64,000 nucleotides of DNA from Felis catus (taxonomy: Eukaryota). Below the pieces are notes generated by a model that did not search any database, was not told the origin of the DNA, and saw only the letters and a program-made list of their open reading frames with translations. Shown piece after piece: positions 38,238 to 50,587 of this stretch. Where the stretch lies: positions 87,174,001 through 87,238,000 of the forward strand of contig NC_058368.1 of NCBI RefSeq assembly GCF_018350175.1, given 5' to 3'. A program made the position numbers and the translations under genes. The first letter of the stretch is position 1. The number at the start of each line of letters is the position of its first letter.

Positions 38238-40144
38238 TAAAGGCACTCAAATGTTTTCTTTCAATGAAAATCAGAATATTTGTTAGGAAAAAATAGCAAA
38301 ATAATCCCAAAAATATAAGACTCATGCTAAACATACAAAAACATCTGTATTCTAGAACATTGTTTGGGGAGCCCATGATCTCACATGAAATACATCTGCC
38401 AGAAAGTCTTTTTAGGTAACATTTCTTCTCACTGCAACACTGTTTTCCATGTTTACTAACCTGTATCAAGTTCTCAGAAGAAACGATGAATAGGTCTGGG
38501 ATGAGAGGTTGTCCCTGGGTTGATGAAGCACCTTCCCAGAGTCACCCTCTCCTGTTAAAGGGGTGGGTGGCAGAAAAAGGGCAGCAAGGGCATTTCTCCA
38601 AGAGGAAAAAAATTCTCAAGGATGGGGCATGCTCAGGTCCCATGGCCGACATCTTGCCCTTGTCCTCACCAAGATTTTGAAGAAGAGGTTCAGCTAAGTT
38701 CACAAGCTACAAAAAGCCATCAACTGATCTCTTGCTCATCGTGCTATGACAGACCAACAACCTGCTCCGGACTCAGAGGTCTACATGTCAACAATACCTA
38801 TATTCGGTTTTAGAAGGGGAAATCTGGTGGTATAATGAGTGGAAAATGGAGATGGTTGAAGACAGATGATGCTGGTCCAACGATACAAAGAAAAACAGGT
38901 GAAAAGAAACACCCAAACCTTTACATTAAATTATTCTCTACTTGGAGATGGCCAACAGAAATAGAAGCCCTCTCTCTGATCAAGAAAATAGTATGATCTA
39001 TAGTTCTCTTGGGAAAATCAAACTGCAAAAACACTTAAGACAGGATTTTAAAATACTTTGTATGTTGTACAAATTATAGTTCTTTTAATATTGATGTATA
39101 AATAAAATTAATGGATTCTCTTTATTGCTAGTAGCATAAGCACATATACAGATAATTTCTAGCACCATCTTGTGTAACCTGAGAGGATGTACCCATTAGT
39201 TCTTCTCTAAATAAATATGAGTGTTTGGGGAAGCATGGGTGGGTAATTTGGGGAGCAAAAAAGGTAAGAAGGTTTTCTGAAAAATTGATCACATGTTAAA
39301 TGGGAAACTTCTTTTTAGTTAAAATAGCAAATATCTAGGGAACAAAGATGAACATGGTCAAACTCGTTGCAAGATTCAATTATTTGACCAAACCAATGTT
39401 GGCATTATATTTAATGTAACTTTTCACATACAACATGGAAATGAAGAGTGCAAGGAACATTAACTCCATCTGAAATATTGACCCAGAGGAGAAAGTAATA
39501 ATTCAGGTTAAGACAGGCTCAGTTACAAGGGGGTAAGAGCACTCCATAGTCACTGAAATGGGGTGATGAAATTCTGCCATCCCAGAAAAAAATAATCCCT
39601 CCCCTTGCTGCCTACAAAGAGGAGCCAACACTAATCCCCAAACCCATCCTAATTTTCCTTTCACACATTAAACTGGAGGGAATTTTAAAGCTTTTCTACT
39701 TGTTAGAAAATTAGCTTTAAACCCCTGTAGATTTATTTGAATGAGCTCAAGTTGTTTATGCGATTGAAATGCCTGAGTTCTTATGTCTTCTTCCATCCTC
39801 TAGAGAGATAAGACCCTAAAGGGAGATAACTCAAGTGATTTTTGTGGAGGATGTAGAGGAAGGCAAATAATGTAAACAATTTTATTTCAGACCAATCATT
39901 AAGATGACTCAACTTTAGAGATGAGAGAAAAAAGAAATAAGTCCTCCTAAACATTAATTGGTAAATTGCAAAAGACAAATTGAGTACTTCTTTACCTGGA
40001 GTCACAAAAGTGACTAACAGTTCTACTGTATTTAAAAATGTTCCATTGCATTTAAGATGAAAATATTAAAAACACAAACTCTTTATATGAACAAGTTTTA
40101 CTTCTGACCCACTGCTTAACACCTTGCTTAAAGTTTGAGATGTT

Positions 40145-40361
40145 GGGGCGCCTGGGTGGTTCAGTAAGTTAAGTGTCCAACTTCAGCTCAGGTCATGATC
40201 TCATAGTCCGTGAGTTCGAGCCCTGCCTTGGGCTCTGTGCTGACAGCTCAGAGCCTGGAGCCTGTTTCAGATTCTGTGTCTCCCTCTCTCTCTGACCCTC
40301 CCCCGTTCATGCTTTGTCTCTCTCTGTCTCAAAAATAAATAAACATTAAAAAAATTTAAAA
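40145..40361 (+). mobile_element. Can-SINE
   Basis: ggggcgcctgggtggttcag start; TSD aaag(t/c)ttgagatg at 40130-40142 and 40362-40374. Confidence 0.93.
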
Positions 40362-40521
40362 AAAGCTTGAGATGCAAAAATTCATGGGGCAGAATTGCTA
40401 TCTTGTATATTCATGCGCATCATTACATTAGCATAAATTAGAAAGAAGATTGCCATAATTGACAAGTTAAGTTTTACAAACTTGGTTCATATTGCTGAAA
40501 AAAGAAAGAGAATGTAATCAT

Positions 40522-41418
40522 TGATGAGGGCACTTAAGGCAAGCTGAGGGCAAAGTACAGGCTAACAGTACCATCACCCCCATCCCTAGGTGGGATATGT
40601 GTGAAATTCCTCTGACATTCCTGGCTGCCCAAGAAAAAAAGGAAAAGAAAGAAAACAAATGGTTGACTGATATAGATCACAGTCCTGCAGGACAGGAGAC
40701 TCCTTCAGTTTAAGGATAACTTAGTAAAGTATAAGAAAAAGGCAATCTTATCTATAGCTTGATCTCCAGAGACCGAGCCATAATATCACCTTATCAAGAT
40801 GTAAGGGAATTTAAGTGATTGCCATGATGATGTGTGAAACAAAGGCAAATGAAAAATTAAAGTTCCTTACTGCCTACAGGCCATTGGCAATCCTTGAAAC
40901 AAGCAGAGTGACCTTCCTCTAGGAGCTCAGCTGCCCCATGATGTCACTTTTCTAGAGGTAACAGGGAATCTTGGCTTAACATTATCCCGAATACCCCCAG
41001 GATCAATGTAATCTCCCTAAACACATAAAAATTCCTTTTCAAACCTCCTTTATCTTTAACTCCCAAGTATATGTTGGTGATAACATTCCAAGCATATGCA
41101 CCCTGATAAACTTCTGAAGGGTCCAATGACTGAGGTTTTACTAAGAAGTAATAAATGACAACAGCTTCCTAACAACAGCTGGACCCTCAAGGAAACCATG
41201 CTTCCAATATTCCTTAGAGATTTATGCTGTCCCTAACACACTCCCAACCTGGAGGTATATAATAAGTCACTCTTCACAACCCCAGGTGCAGCTCTTTCTG
41301 CCCATGGGTCCTATCCCCATGCTTTAGTAAAATCACCTTTGTTGTACCAAATACATCCTCAAGAATTCTTTCTTGGCTGTCAGTTCTGAACCCCCATAAT
41401 CACCCCAAAACCTCATCA
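40522..41418 (+). mobile_element. Solo ERV LTR (897 bp; family not assigned)
   Basis: Terminal inverted repeats TGATGAGG...CCTCATCA; 5-bp TSD atcat at 40517-40521 and 41419-41423; TATA-like gtatataa ~41255; poly-A-like agtaaa ~41326. Confidence 0.88.
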
Positions 41419-42979
41419 ATCATCATCTCAATAGAACAATGGACAGAAGAGGTAATTTTTTAGTTGGATCTTGAAGAAGGTTATTGAAATTGATGAGAAG
41501 GTCACTAAATAGGAGAGACAGAGTTGTGTATGTAAATAAAATACTAATTAGCAAGCAGTGTAAACAAACTTAATTTTTTGACTTTCACAAGAAAACAATG
41601 CAGTATGTGTTTTTGTTTCTGTTTTATGTCCTAGACACTATTCTAAGCAATTTACTTATTATTTAATCAAATGAGTTTATTATATCCTCATCCAATGGCA
41701 AAGCAGAAGAAGGCCTAGCATTAGATCTCTGTAGATTTGGATTCATTTCTAGACTCTACCACTCACAATCTCTTTGACTGTGGCCAGTTTAGGTTTTCTA
41801 AGAAAAGCTCCCATCCTTCAATATCTGTTCTCACATTCTTTTGGGCTTCAAAATTTCATCATGCCTCAGAATCAGATAGGGCCTCTCTTTCCAGCTCTCC
41901 TCATTTACAAATTCTTTTACAGAATATTAAATCCTTTAATTAGACCTTAATTTGTTCTTGCTTAAAGAGATTGAATTAATAAAGTTTTTAAGTTACCAAA
42001 TAAGGGAAAATGTCCAAACAACACAAAAGAAAATTTTCTATCACAGAGTCTAGAATATGGTAAAAAAGGATCTAGATGCTAAATATCAAGGAGCTCTTGA
42101 AACAAAAAAAAGAGACAAATTCATATGGAAACATGCCAAGTTCCTGGATAAGATGATTCAACATGGTGAAAATGCCAATTCACTTCAATTTTATCTATTT
42201 ATTTAATGCAATTTCTATCAAAATCTTAGTGCTATTTCTGGTGATATGGGCAGTTATTTCTGATTTATATGGAAAATAAAAGGAAAATTTAGATCACATT
42301 GTCAAAGTAAGATTGAAGTTGAAGAAATCATGGAACCTGCTCTTAAGACTTACTGTCAAGCTGAAATGATCAAGACAATATGAAATTAGTTAGGGGGTAA
42401 ACACATAGATCAACAGAAGCCCAGAAATTAATGCACAGAAATGTAGCCAACTGATTTTTAGCAAATAAATGGAAGCAATTCATCAAGCATTTTGAACAAA
42501 TCATTGGAAGTCGACATCCATACACAAAAAAATATGGTTGTCTAACTAAACTCCACACCTTCTACAAAATTAATTCAAATAGATTATAGATCCAAATGTG
42601 AAATGAAAAATCATAAAACTTTCAGCAGAAAACAATAGAGAAAAATATTTTTGGCCTGGAGTTAGATAACAAAAAAATTTTAACTTGACACCAGAAGTCA
42701 AATATATTAGAAAAATTGACACATTGGATTTAATCCCAATGAAATTCTCTGCTTTCAGACACTATTAGGAAGATAAAAGGCCAAGTTAGAGGCTCGGATC
42801 AAATATTTGCAAATTTTACATCCATCAAGTGACTTCCTCCCATAATTGTTAAATAACATTCAAAACTTTTCAGAAAGGCAAAAAAAAAAAAAATTAACCC
42901 AATTCTTAAAATGAGAAAAACAAGATATTAATTTAATGAAAGGATATATTGGTAAAAAGCACATGGGAGATGTTCAACC

Positions 42980-43698
42980 TCATGAGGGGGTTTTGGAGTG
43001 GTGGGGGTCCAGAACTGACAGCGAAGAATGAATTCTTGAGATGTTTTTGGAACAAAATGGAGATTTTATTAAAGCATGGGTAAAGGACCCATGGGCAGGA
43101 AGAGCTGCAAAGGGTTGTGAGGAGTGACTGGTTATATACTGTGGAGTTATGGAAATTAAAGACAAAATGGAGGCCACCAGAAGGGCTTCCATATGCAAAA
43201 AAGGACTCATAAGATGCCAGGAGCCTTGCTATTGTCAGGCTAAGGTTGTTTTTACTCTAGTAAGTCATTAATATTACTACATTAGGGGCATCCCAGAGAA
43301 ATGTTATATATACTTTGTATTTGTCTCAAGTATTTGTCACTGGGCTGCAGATTATAAAGAAATTTAATTTTACCTGTCATTTCCTTCTTTCCTTTGTCCC
43401 CCACATCACTATGGAAGTGAGGTTGATGTTGGGGCTCCAAGAAACTGAGATTATAGGTTTCTGGAGATTAGACTATTGATAAGATGACCTTTTTCTTATA
43501 ATTTACTAAGACATTTATAAACTGATGAAGACTCATGTCTTGCATGACTGTGATCTCTATCAGTTAACCATTTGTTTTTCCCTCTCCTTTGTTCTTGGCA
43601 GCCAGAAGTGACTGAGGGATGTTACATATATCCCACCTGGGTAGTGGGGGTGGCGGATAGCTTGTGCTTTGCCCTCAGCTTGCCATGATCCCTCATCA
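42980..43698 (-). mobile_element. Solo LTR related to 40522-41418, opposite orientation
   Basis: Ends gccctcagcttgcc...cctcatca (reverse complement of the 40522 start); aagaatgaattcttgag and ggacccatgggcaggaagagctgca match the other LTR's 3' part; TATA and AATAAA on the minus strand. Confidence 0.85.
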
Positions 43699-43919
43699 AT
43701 TAGACATGAGGAAAATTAAAGCTGTGATGAAATGTCATTGCACAACGATAGTATAACTAAAATTAGATAGTGACACTAGCAAGTGCTGTTCAAATTGGCA
43801 ACTGGAAATCTTATACATTGATTGTAAAAATGCAAAATGGTGCACCTTTCTGTAAAGTGGTTTTGCACTTTTTAAAATAAATATATACTTACCTTCTGAA
43901 CTTGTACTCCCACTCTTAT

Positions 43920-44333
43920 TTATTAATTTTTCAAGTTTTTATTTAAATTCTAGTTAGTTAACATACAGTGTAATATTGGCTTCAGGAGTAGAATTCAGTG
44001 ATTCATCCCTTACATATATCACCCAGTGCTCATCACAGTAATTGCCCCCCTAATTGCCCATTACACATCTGGCCCATCCTCCCACCCACCTCTTTCCATC
44101 AACTTTCAGTTTATTGTCTATTGTTAAGAGTCTCTTAGGGTTTGTTCCCTTTCTTTTTTTATCCCCTTCCCATAAGGTATTCTATTTTGTTTCTTAAATT
44201 CCACACATGAGTGAAATCATATGGTATTTGGCTTTCTCTGAGTGACTTATTGTACTTGGCATAATACATTCTAGTTCCATCCACATTGTTACAAATGGCA
44301 AGATTTCATTCATTTTGATTGCTGAGTATTATT

Positions 44334-44374
<41 letters not shown>

Positions 44375-44605
44375 GTAGCATATATATATACACATATATA
44401 TGCTTATGTACACATACACATAACGTGTGTGTGTGTGTGTGTACCACATCTTCTTTACCCATTCATCAGTCAATGGTCATTTGTGTCCTTTCTATAATTT
44501 GGTTATTGTTGATAGTGCTACTATAAACATCAGGGTGCATGTGCCCCTTCAAATCAGTATTATTGTATCTTTTGGGTAGATACTTAGTAGTGCAATTGCT
44601 GGATC
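43920..44605 (-). mobile_element. 5'-truncated carnivore L1 3' end with internal (TA)n/(TG)n
   Basis: tttaaattctagttagttaacatacagtg...cacccagtgctcatc...gtgcaattgctggatc. Confidence 0.88.
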
Positions 44606-45368
44606 TTACCTTCCTGAGTATTTAACCCAGGGAAATAAAATACTATGTTCCTTTGGAAACTTGTATTCAAAACCCATGTTTCTAATTACCCAACACTGGA
44701 AACAACCCAAATATCCTTCAACTGGTGAAGGGCTAAGCAAACAGATGCCACCCCAACAATGCGAGTCTACTCAGCAAAAACATAGAATGTACTACTGACA
44801 CAGCAATTTGTATGAATCTCAAAGGCATTCTGCTTATTAAAAGAAGCAAATCTTAAAATAAATCAAGGTATTTTATTTTATTTGTACAGTTCTCAGAACT
44901 CAAAAAGACAAAAATATGGTAACAGGTGAGTGGTTGCCAAAGTTTAGGTTTGGGGGAGACTGTGTTAGTGAAGGCATAAAAACAAGAGAGTTTGGGGATA
45001 GTGATAAAACTATTTTATATTCTTATCTTGATGGTAGTTACATAACTCTATATGTATATAAAATTCACAGGGCATGAAGAAGGGTAAGATGGCAGAGCAG
45101 TATGAGGACTCTGAGATTGCCTCATCCCTGAAATGCAGATAGATCACACCAAACCATTTGACCTAGGAAATTGATCTGAGGAGTAACACAACAAACTGCA
45201 TAACTTGAGAACCTGGTAGGTACATGGTGTGAAGAAGTGAACTGGGGGAAAGTAAAGCCATGGTGGGTAGGAAGCCATTTTCACGGAGAGAGGACAGAGA
45301 GAAAAAGAAAGGGGGAGAGTGAAGCACATAGGGTCGTGCAAGGAAAAGACTTACCCCGAACATAGCTG

Positions 45369-45411
<43 letters not shown>

Positions 45412-47573
45412 AACACTTGAGGGGACTGAACAAGAAATCTGGTCCCCAAAACTATTGATGGGAAGAAAGGAGAAGGTTTCGATGCCACCAGGATTCTATA
45501 AACAGTAAAGCACAGAGTCTGAAAGTTCACAGCTAAGTGCCTGGTGGTGATCTGGTGAGGAAGCAGGGCAAATCCCCACAGGAAGGAGTGGGTTCTGAGG
45601 GCTCCATGTGCCACATGGAGAGAAGAAGTTCCCCTCCTTGGAGTGCATTTGGTAGAGGCCATATGACGTTCCCACAGGCCAAGGTCCCAGTGGACCTTAG
45701 AGAGAAACCACATTTGCTGGTATTGGGACAACGTGCCAAAATGCAGTGAAACCTGGCACCAGCTGTGTGTTGGGATTTTCCACAATCTCTGAACTCTGCT
45801 GCTGCAGGCTGGCATGAACGTTTTCTGAGGCAAACCAGTATCTGGCCATTGCTCAGTGAGACCCTCTCCCAGAGAATCAGTGTGGGCCCAAGCCATGGGA
45901 GTCTCTGAAGTGTGGGGTTTTGAAACACAACCCCACCTGAGATAAAACTCTGGGAGGGAGGTGCCGCCTGGTAGCCAGACAGGCTGGAAATGGACAAGGT
46001 AAATGCAGGGAGTGACAGAGGTCTGAGACAAAGGAGGGGTGTTTGATCACAGGTAAGTAAGTGTGCAAAGTTTCTGTGCCAGAGACTAGGGAGCTGGGTG
46101 AAGCCATTTACACCATTAGTGCACACACGCATTTGCACACACACACAGATGCCCCCCAGTAAGCTAAGCAGCACCACTTAGTGGAAAATGAATCCAGTAC
46201 ACCAAGCCCCGCCAACTGCACCATTCAAGAACATCCCCCAGCACAAATTTGTCCACCTGCTTGGTGTACAGACTATAGTTACATTTCTAGGAGAAAATGG
46301 ATGTAACTTAATTTGGGTTGCATTCTGTTTGCTGGTTCATTTATTTGTTTTCTTTGCTTCTGGTTTCACTTAAATTCTTTTCTTTTTTCTTTCTTTCTTT
46401 TCTTTCCCTTTCTTGGACACAAAAAGAGCAAATTCTTTTTTTCTTTATTTTTTTAAATTTTTAATTCTATGTTGTCTTTGTTTTACTTTATTTTATTATT
46501 TATTTTATAAATTTTTCTTAATTATTTTTTTATTTCATTCCTTTTTTTTTTTTTTACTATTTAGTCAAGTTCTTTTAACAAGCAGACCAAAACAAACCTA
46601 GGGTCTTTCTTCCTTTATTTTATTTTTTGAATTTTTTTTTCATTTTTTAATTTTTAATTTTTATTTTCTTAATTTTTTCTCTTCATCCAAAATGACAAGA
46701 TGATGGACTCCATCCCAAAAGAAAGGACAGAAAAGAAATGACAGTCAGAGATTTAATCCACACAGATATAAGTAAGATGTCTGAACTAGAAGTTAAAACC
46801 ATGATTATAAGAATACTAGCTGGGTTTGAAAAACTCTGGTATCTAGAAGATACCAGAGAATCCACTGATCCAGAGATAACTAAAATCTGATCATGCCAAA
46901 ACTAAAAATGCTTTAACTGAGATACAATTTCTAATGGATGCCATAACAGCAAGGATAAGTGAAGCAGAGCACTGAATCAGTAATATTGAAGATAAAATTG
47001 TAAATAATGAGCAGAATAAAAGAAGGAAACAAAGGCAAAAGATCACAGTGCAAGAGTTAGAAAACACAGTGACTCACTAAAAAGGAATAACATCCAAATG
47101 ATAGAAGAGTCAGAAGATGAAGGGAGATAAAAAAGATCAGGTTTCTGTGAGCAAATTATACTGGAAAACTTTCTTAATCTGGGGAAGGATGCAGACATCA
47201 AAATCCAATAAGCACAGAGAAGTCCCGTTGGATTCAAGAAAAACCTACCATCACCAAGGCATATCATAGTCAAACACACAAAATACACAGACAAGGAAAG
47301 TATTATGAAAGCAGCAAGGCGGGGTGGGAGGGAGTTCTTAAACTACAAGGGAAGACAGATCAGGTTGATAGCAAATCTATCCACAGAAACTTGGCTGGCC
47401 ATAAAGGAGTGACAGGATATATTCAATGTGCTGAATCAGAAAAAAAAATGCAGCCAATAATTCTTTATCCAGAAAGGTTGTCATACAAAATAGTAGAGAA
47501 AAAGAGTTTCACAGACAAAACCTAAAGGAGTTTGTGACCAGTAAACCTTTGCTTCAAGAAATTTTGAAGGGGA

Positions 47574-47785
47574 GGGGCACCTGGGTGGCTCAGTAGGTTA
47601 GGCATCCAACTTTGGCTCAGATCATGGTCTCACAGTTTGTGGGTCTGAGCCCCACATTGGGCTCTGTGCTGACAGCTCAGAGCTTGAAGCCTGCTTCATC
47701 TTTTTTCTGTGTTTCCCTCTGTCTCTGTCCCACCCCAGCCTGCACTCTGTCTCTCAAAAATGAATAAATTTTTTAAAAAATTAAC
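47574..47785 (+). mobile_element. Can-SINE
   Basis: TSD aaatttt(g/a)aagggga at 47559-47573 and 47786-47800. Confidence 0.9.
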
Positions 47786-48695
47786 AAATTTTAAAGGGGA
47801 CTCTTTCAGTGGAGAAAAGACAAAACAAAACAAAAAAGTACAAAAGCCACAAAGACTAGAAAAGATAAGAGAACATAACTAGAAACACTAACTACACAGG
47901 CAACACAATGGTACTAAATTCATATCTTTCAATAATCACTCTAAATGTAAATGGACTAAATGCTCCAATCAAAAGACATAGGTATCATAATGGATTAGCA
48001 ATAAGACCCATATATATGCTGCCTACAAGAGACTCATTTTAGACCAAAAGACACCTGCAAATTGAAAGTAAGGGGATGAAGAATCATCTATCATGCCAAT
48101 GGTAGTCAAAAGAAAGCCGAAGCAGCCATACTTATATCACACAAACTAGATTTTAAAATAAAGACTGTAACAAGAGATGAAGGAGGGCATGATATAATTA
48201 TATCATAATTAAGGGGTCTATCCACAAAGAAGATCTAACAATTGTAAAAATTTATGCCTCTAATATGGAGCACTTGAATATATAATTTAATAAATCACAA
48301 ACAGAAAGAAACTCATTGAAAATAATACCATAATAGTATGGGGACTTCAACACCCCACTTACAACAATGGACAGATCATGTAAGCAGAATCAACAAGGAA
48401 ACAATGACTTTCAATAACATACTGGACTGGATGGACTTAATAGATATATTCAGAACATATCACCCTAAAAAGCAGCAGAATACACATTCTCTCAAGTGCA
48501 CATGGAAGATTCTCCAGAATAGATCCACACTGTGTCATAAATAAGCCCTTAACAAGTAAATAAAGATCGATATCATACTGTGCACATTTTCAGACCACAA
48601 CACTATGAAACTTGAAATCAGCCAAAAGAAAAAAATATGGAAAGACCATGAATACTTGGAGATGAAAGAACTTCCTAATAAAAGATGAATGGGAT

Positions 48696-48888
48696 GGGGC
48701 ATGTGGGCAACTTAGTCAGTTAAGCATCTGACTTTGGCTAAGATTATGATCCCACAGTCCATGGGTTCAAGCTCCACGTTCAGAGCCTGGAATCTGCTTC
48801 AGCTTCTTTGTCTTCATCTCTCTCTGCCCCTCCCCGACTTGTTCTCTCTCCTCTCTCTCTCAAAATTAAATAAACATTAAAAAAATTT
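48696..48888 (+). mobile_element. Can-SINE
   Basis: ggggcatgtggg...ttagtcagttaagcatctgac; flanked by atgaatggg on both sides. Confidence 0.87.
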
Positions 48889-49233
48889 AATGAATGGGTT
48901 AACCAGCAAATTAAAGGGGAATATAAAAAGTACATGGAAGCCATGAAAATGAAATCACAACAGTCCTAACCATCTGGGATTTATCAAAGGTGGTCATAAG
49001 AGGAAAATATATAACAATCCAGGCCATCCTAAAGAAGGAATAAAGGTCTCAAAAACATAACCTAAACTTAAACCTAAAGCAGTTGGAAAAATAACAGCAA
49101 ATAAAGCCCAAACCAAGCAGTATGGAAATTATAGAGATTAGAATAGAAATCAATGAAATCAAATATTAAAAAAAAATAGTAAAACAGATCAATGAAACCG
49201 GGAGCTGGTTCTTTAGTTGAAATAACTAACAAA

Positions 49234-49380
49234 GACTCTTAAAAACTGAGAACAAACTGAGGGTTGACAGGGGGTAGGAGAGAGGGGAGGGTGGGTGATG
49301 GGTATTGAGGAGGGCACCGGTTGGAATGAGCACTGGGTGTTGTACGGAAACCAATTTGACAATAAATTTCATATTAAAAA
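49234..49380 (+). mobile_element. Very short 5'-truncated felid L1 (3'UTR tail only)
   Basis: gactcttaaaaactgagaacaaactgagg...caataaatttcatattaaaaa; 10-bp TSD aactaacaaa at 49224-49233 and 49381-49390. Confidence 0.92.
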
Positions 49381-49469
49381 AACTAACAAAACTGATGAAT
49401 CCAAATCTAGATTGATCAAAAAGAAAAAGGAAAGGACTCAAATAAATAAAATCACAATGAAAGAGGAGA

Positions 49470-50587
49470 AACTACTGGAAACTCATCAAAATAAAAAGCT
49501 TCTGCACAGCAAAGGAAACAATCAGCAAAACTAAAAGTCAACCGACAGAATGGGAGAAGATATTTGCAAATGACATATCAGATAAAGGCTTAGTATCCAA
49601 AATCTATAAAGAATTTATCAAACTCAACACCCAAAAACAAATAATCCAGTGAAGAAATGGGCAAAAGACATGAATAGACACTTCTCCAAAGAAGACAACC
49701 AGATGGCCAACCGAAACGTGAAAAAATGCTCCACATCACTCATCATCAGGGACATACAAATCAAAACCACAATGAGATATCACCTTACACCTGTCAGAAT
49801 GGCTAACATTAACAACTCAGGCAACAATAGATGTTGGCGAGGATGCAGATGCAGAGGATCTTTTTTGCATTGTTGGTGGGAATGAAGCTGGTGTGGCCAC
49901 TCTGGAAAACAGTATGGAGGTTTCTCAAAAAACTAAAAATAGAACTACCTTATGACGCAGCAATTGCACTACTAGGCATTTATCCACGGGATACAAGTGT
50001 GCTGTCTCGAAGGGATACATGTACCCCCATGTTTATAGCAGCACTGTCATCAATAGCCAAAGTATGGAAAGAGCCCACAAGTCCATCGATGGATGAATGG
50101 ATAAAGAAGATATGATACCACATCTTCTTTATCCATATAAAATATGGAGATATATATATATATATATATGCACACACACACACAATGGAGTATTACTCAG
50201 CAATCAAAAAGAATGAAATCATTCCATTTGCAACTACATGGATGAAACTGGAGGGTATTATGCTCAGTGAAATTAGTCAGTCAGAGAAAGACAAAAATCA
50301 TATGACTTCACTCATACGAGGACTTTAAGAGACAAAACACATGAACATAAAGGAAGGGAAACAAAAATAATATAAAAACAGGGAGAGGGACAAAACAGAA
50401 GAGACTCATAAATATGGAGAACAAACTGAGGGTTACAGGAGGGTTTGTAGGTGGGGGGATGGGCTAAATGGGTAAGGGGCATTAAGGAATCTACTCCTGA
50501 AATCATGTTTCACTATATGCTAACTAATTTGGATGTAAATTTTAAAAAAGAAAAAAGAAAATTTTTAAAAAAGTGAGAAAAAAAACA
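49470..50587 (+). mobile_element. 5'-truncated younger L1 nested in the 45075-53500 L1
   Basis: 14-bp TSD aatgaaagaggaga at 49456-49469 and 50588-50601; ORF2 C-terminus, 3'UTR and A tail. Confidence 0.92.

Larger units (their letters stand above)
42040..45070 (+). mobile_element. Ancient L1 (L1M-type) 3' region interrupted by an LTR and a younger L1
   Basis: Degenerate ORF2 sequence (tttaatgcaatttctatcaaaat, cttaagacttactgtcaagct, ctggaaacaacccaaatatccttcaac) and old 3'UTR (atcttgatggtagttaca). Confidence 0.7.

Noticed and set aside
45351..46177. Long antisense ORFs (226 and 214 aa; also 186 aa at 30771..31331) in L1 5'UTRs as ORF0-like genes
   Set aside because: The reading frames are not preserved between the two homologous 5'UTRs and run into simple repeats; consistent with chance ORFs in GC-richer sequence.
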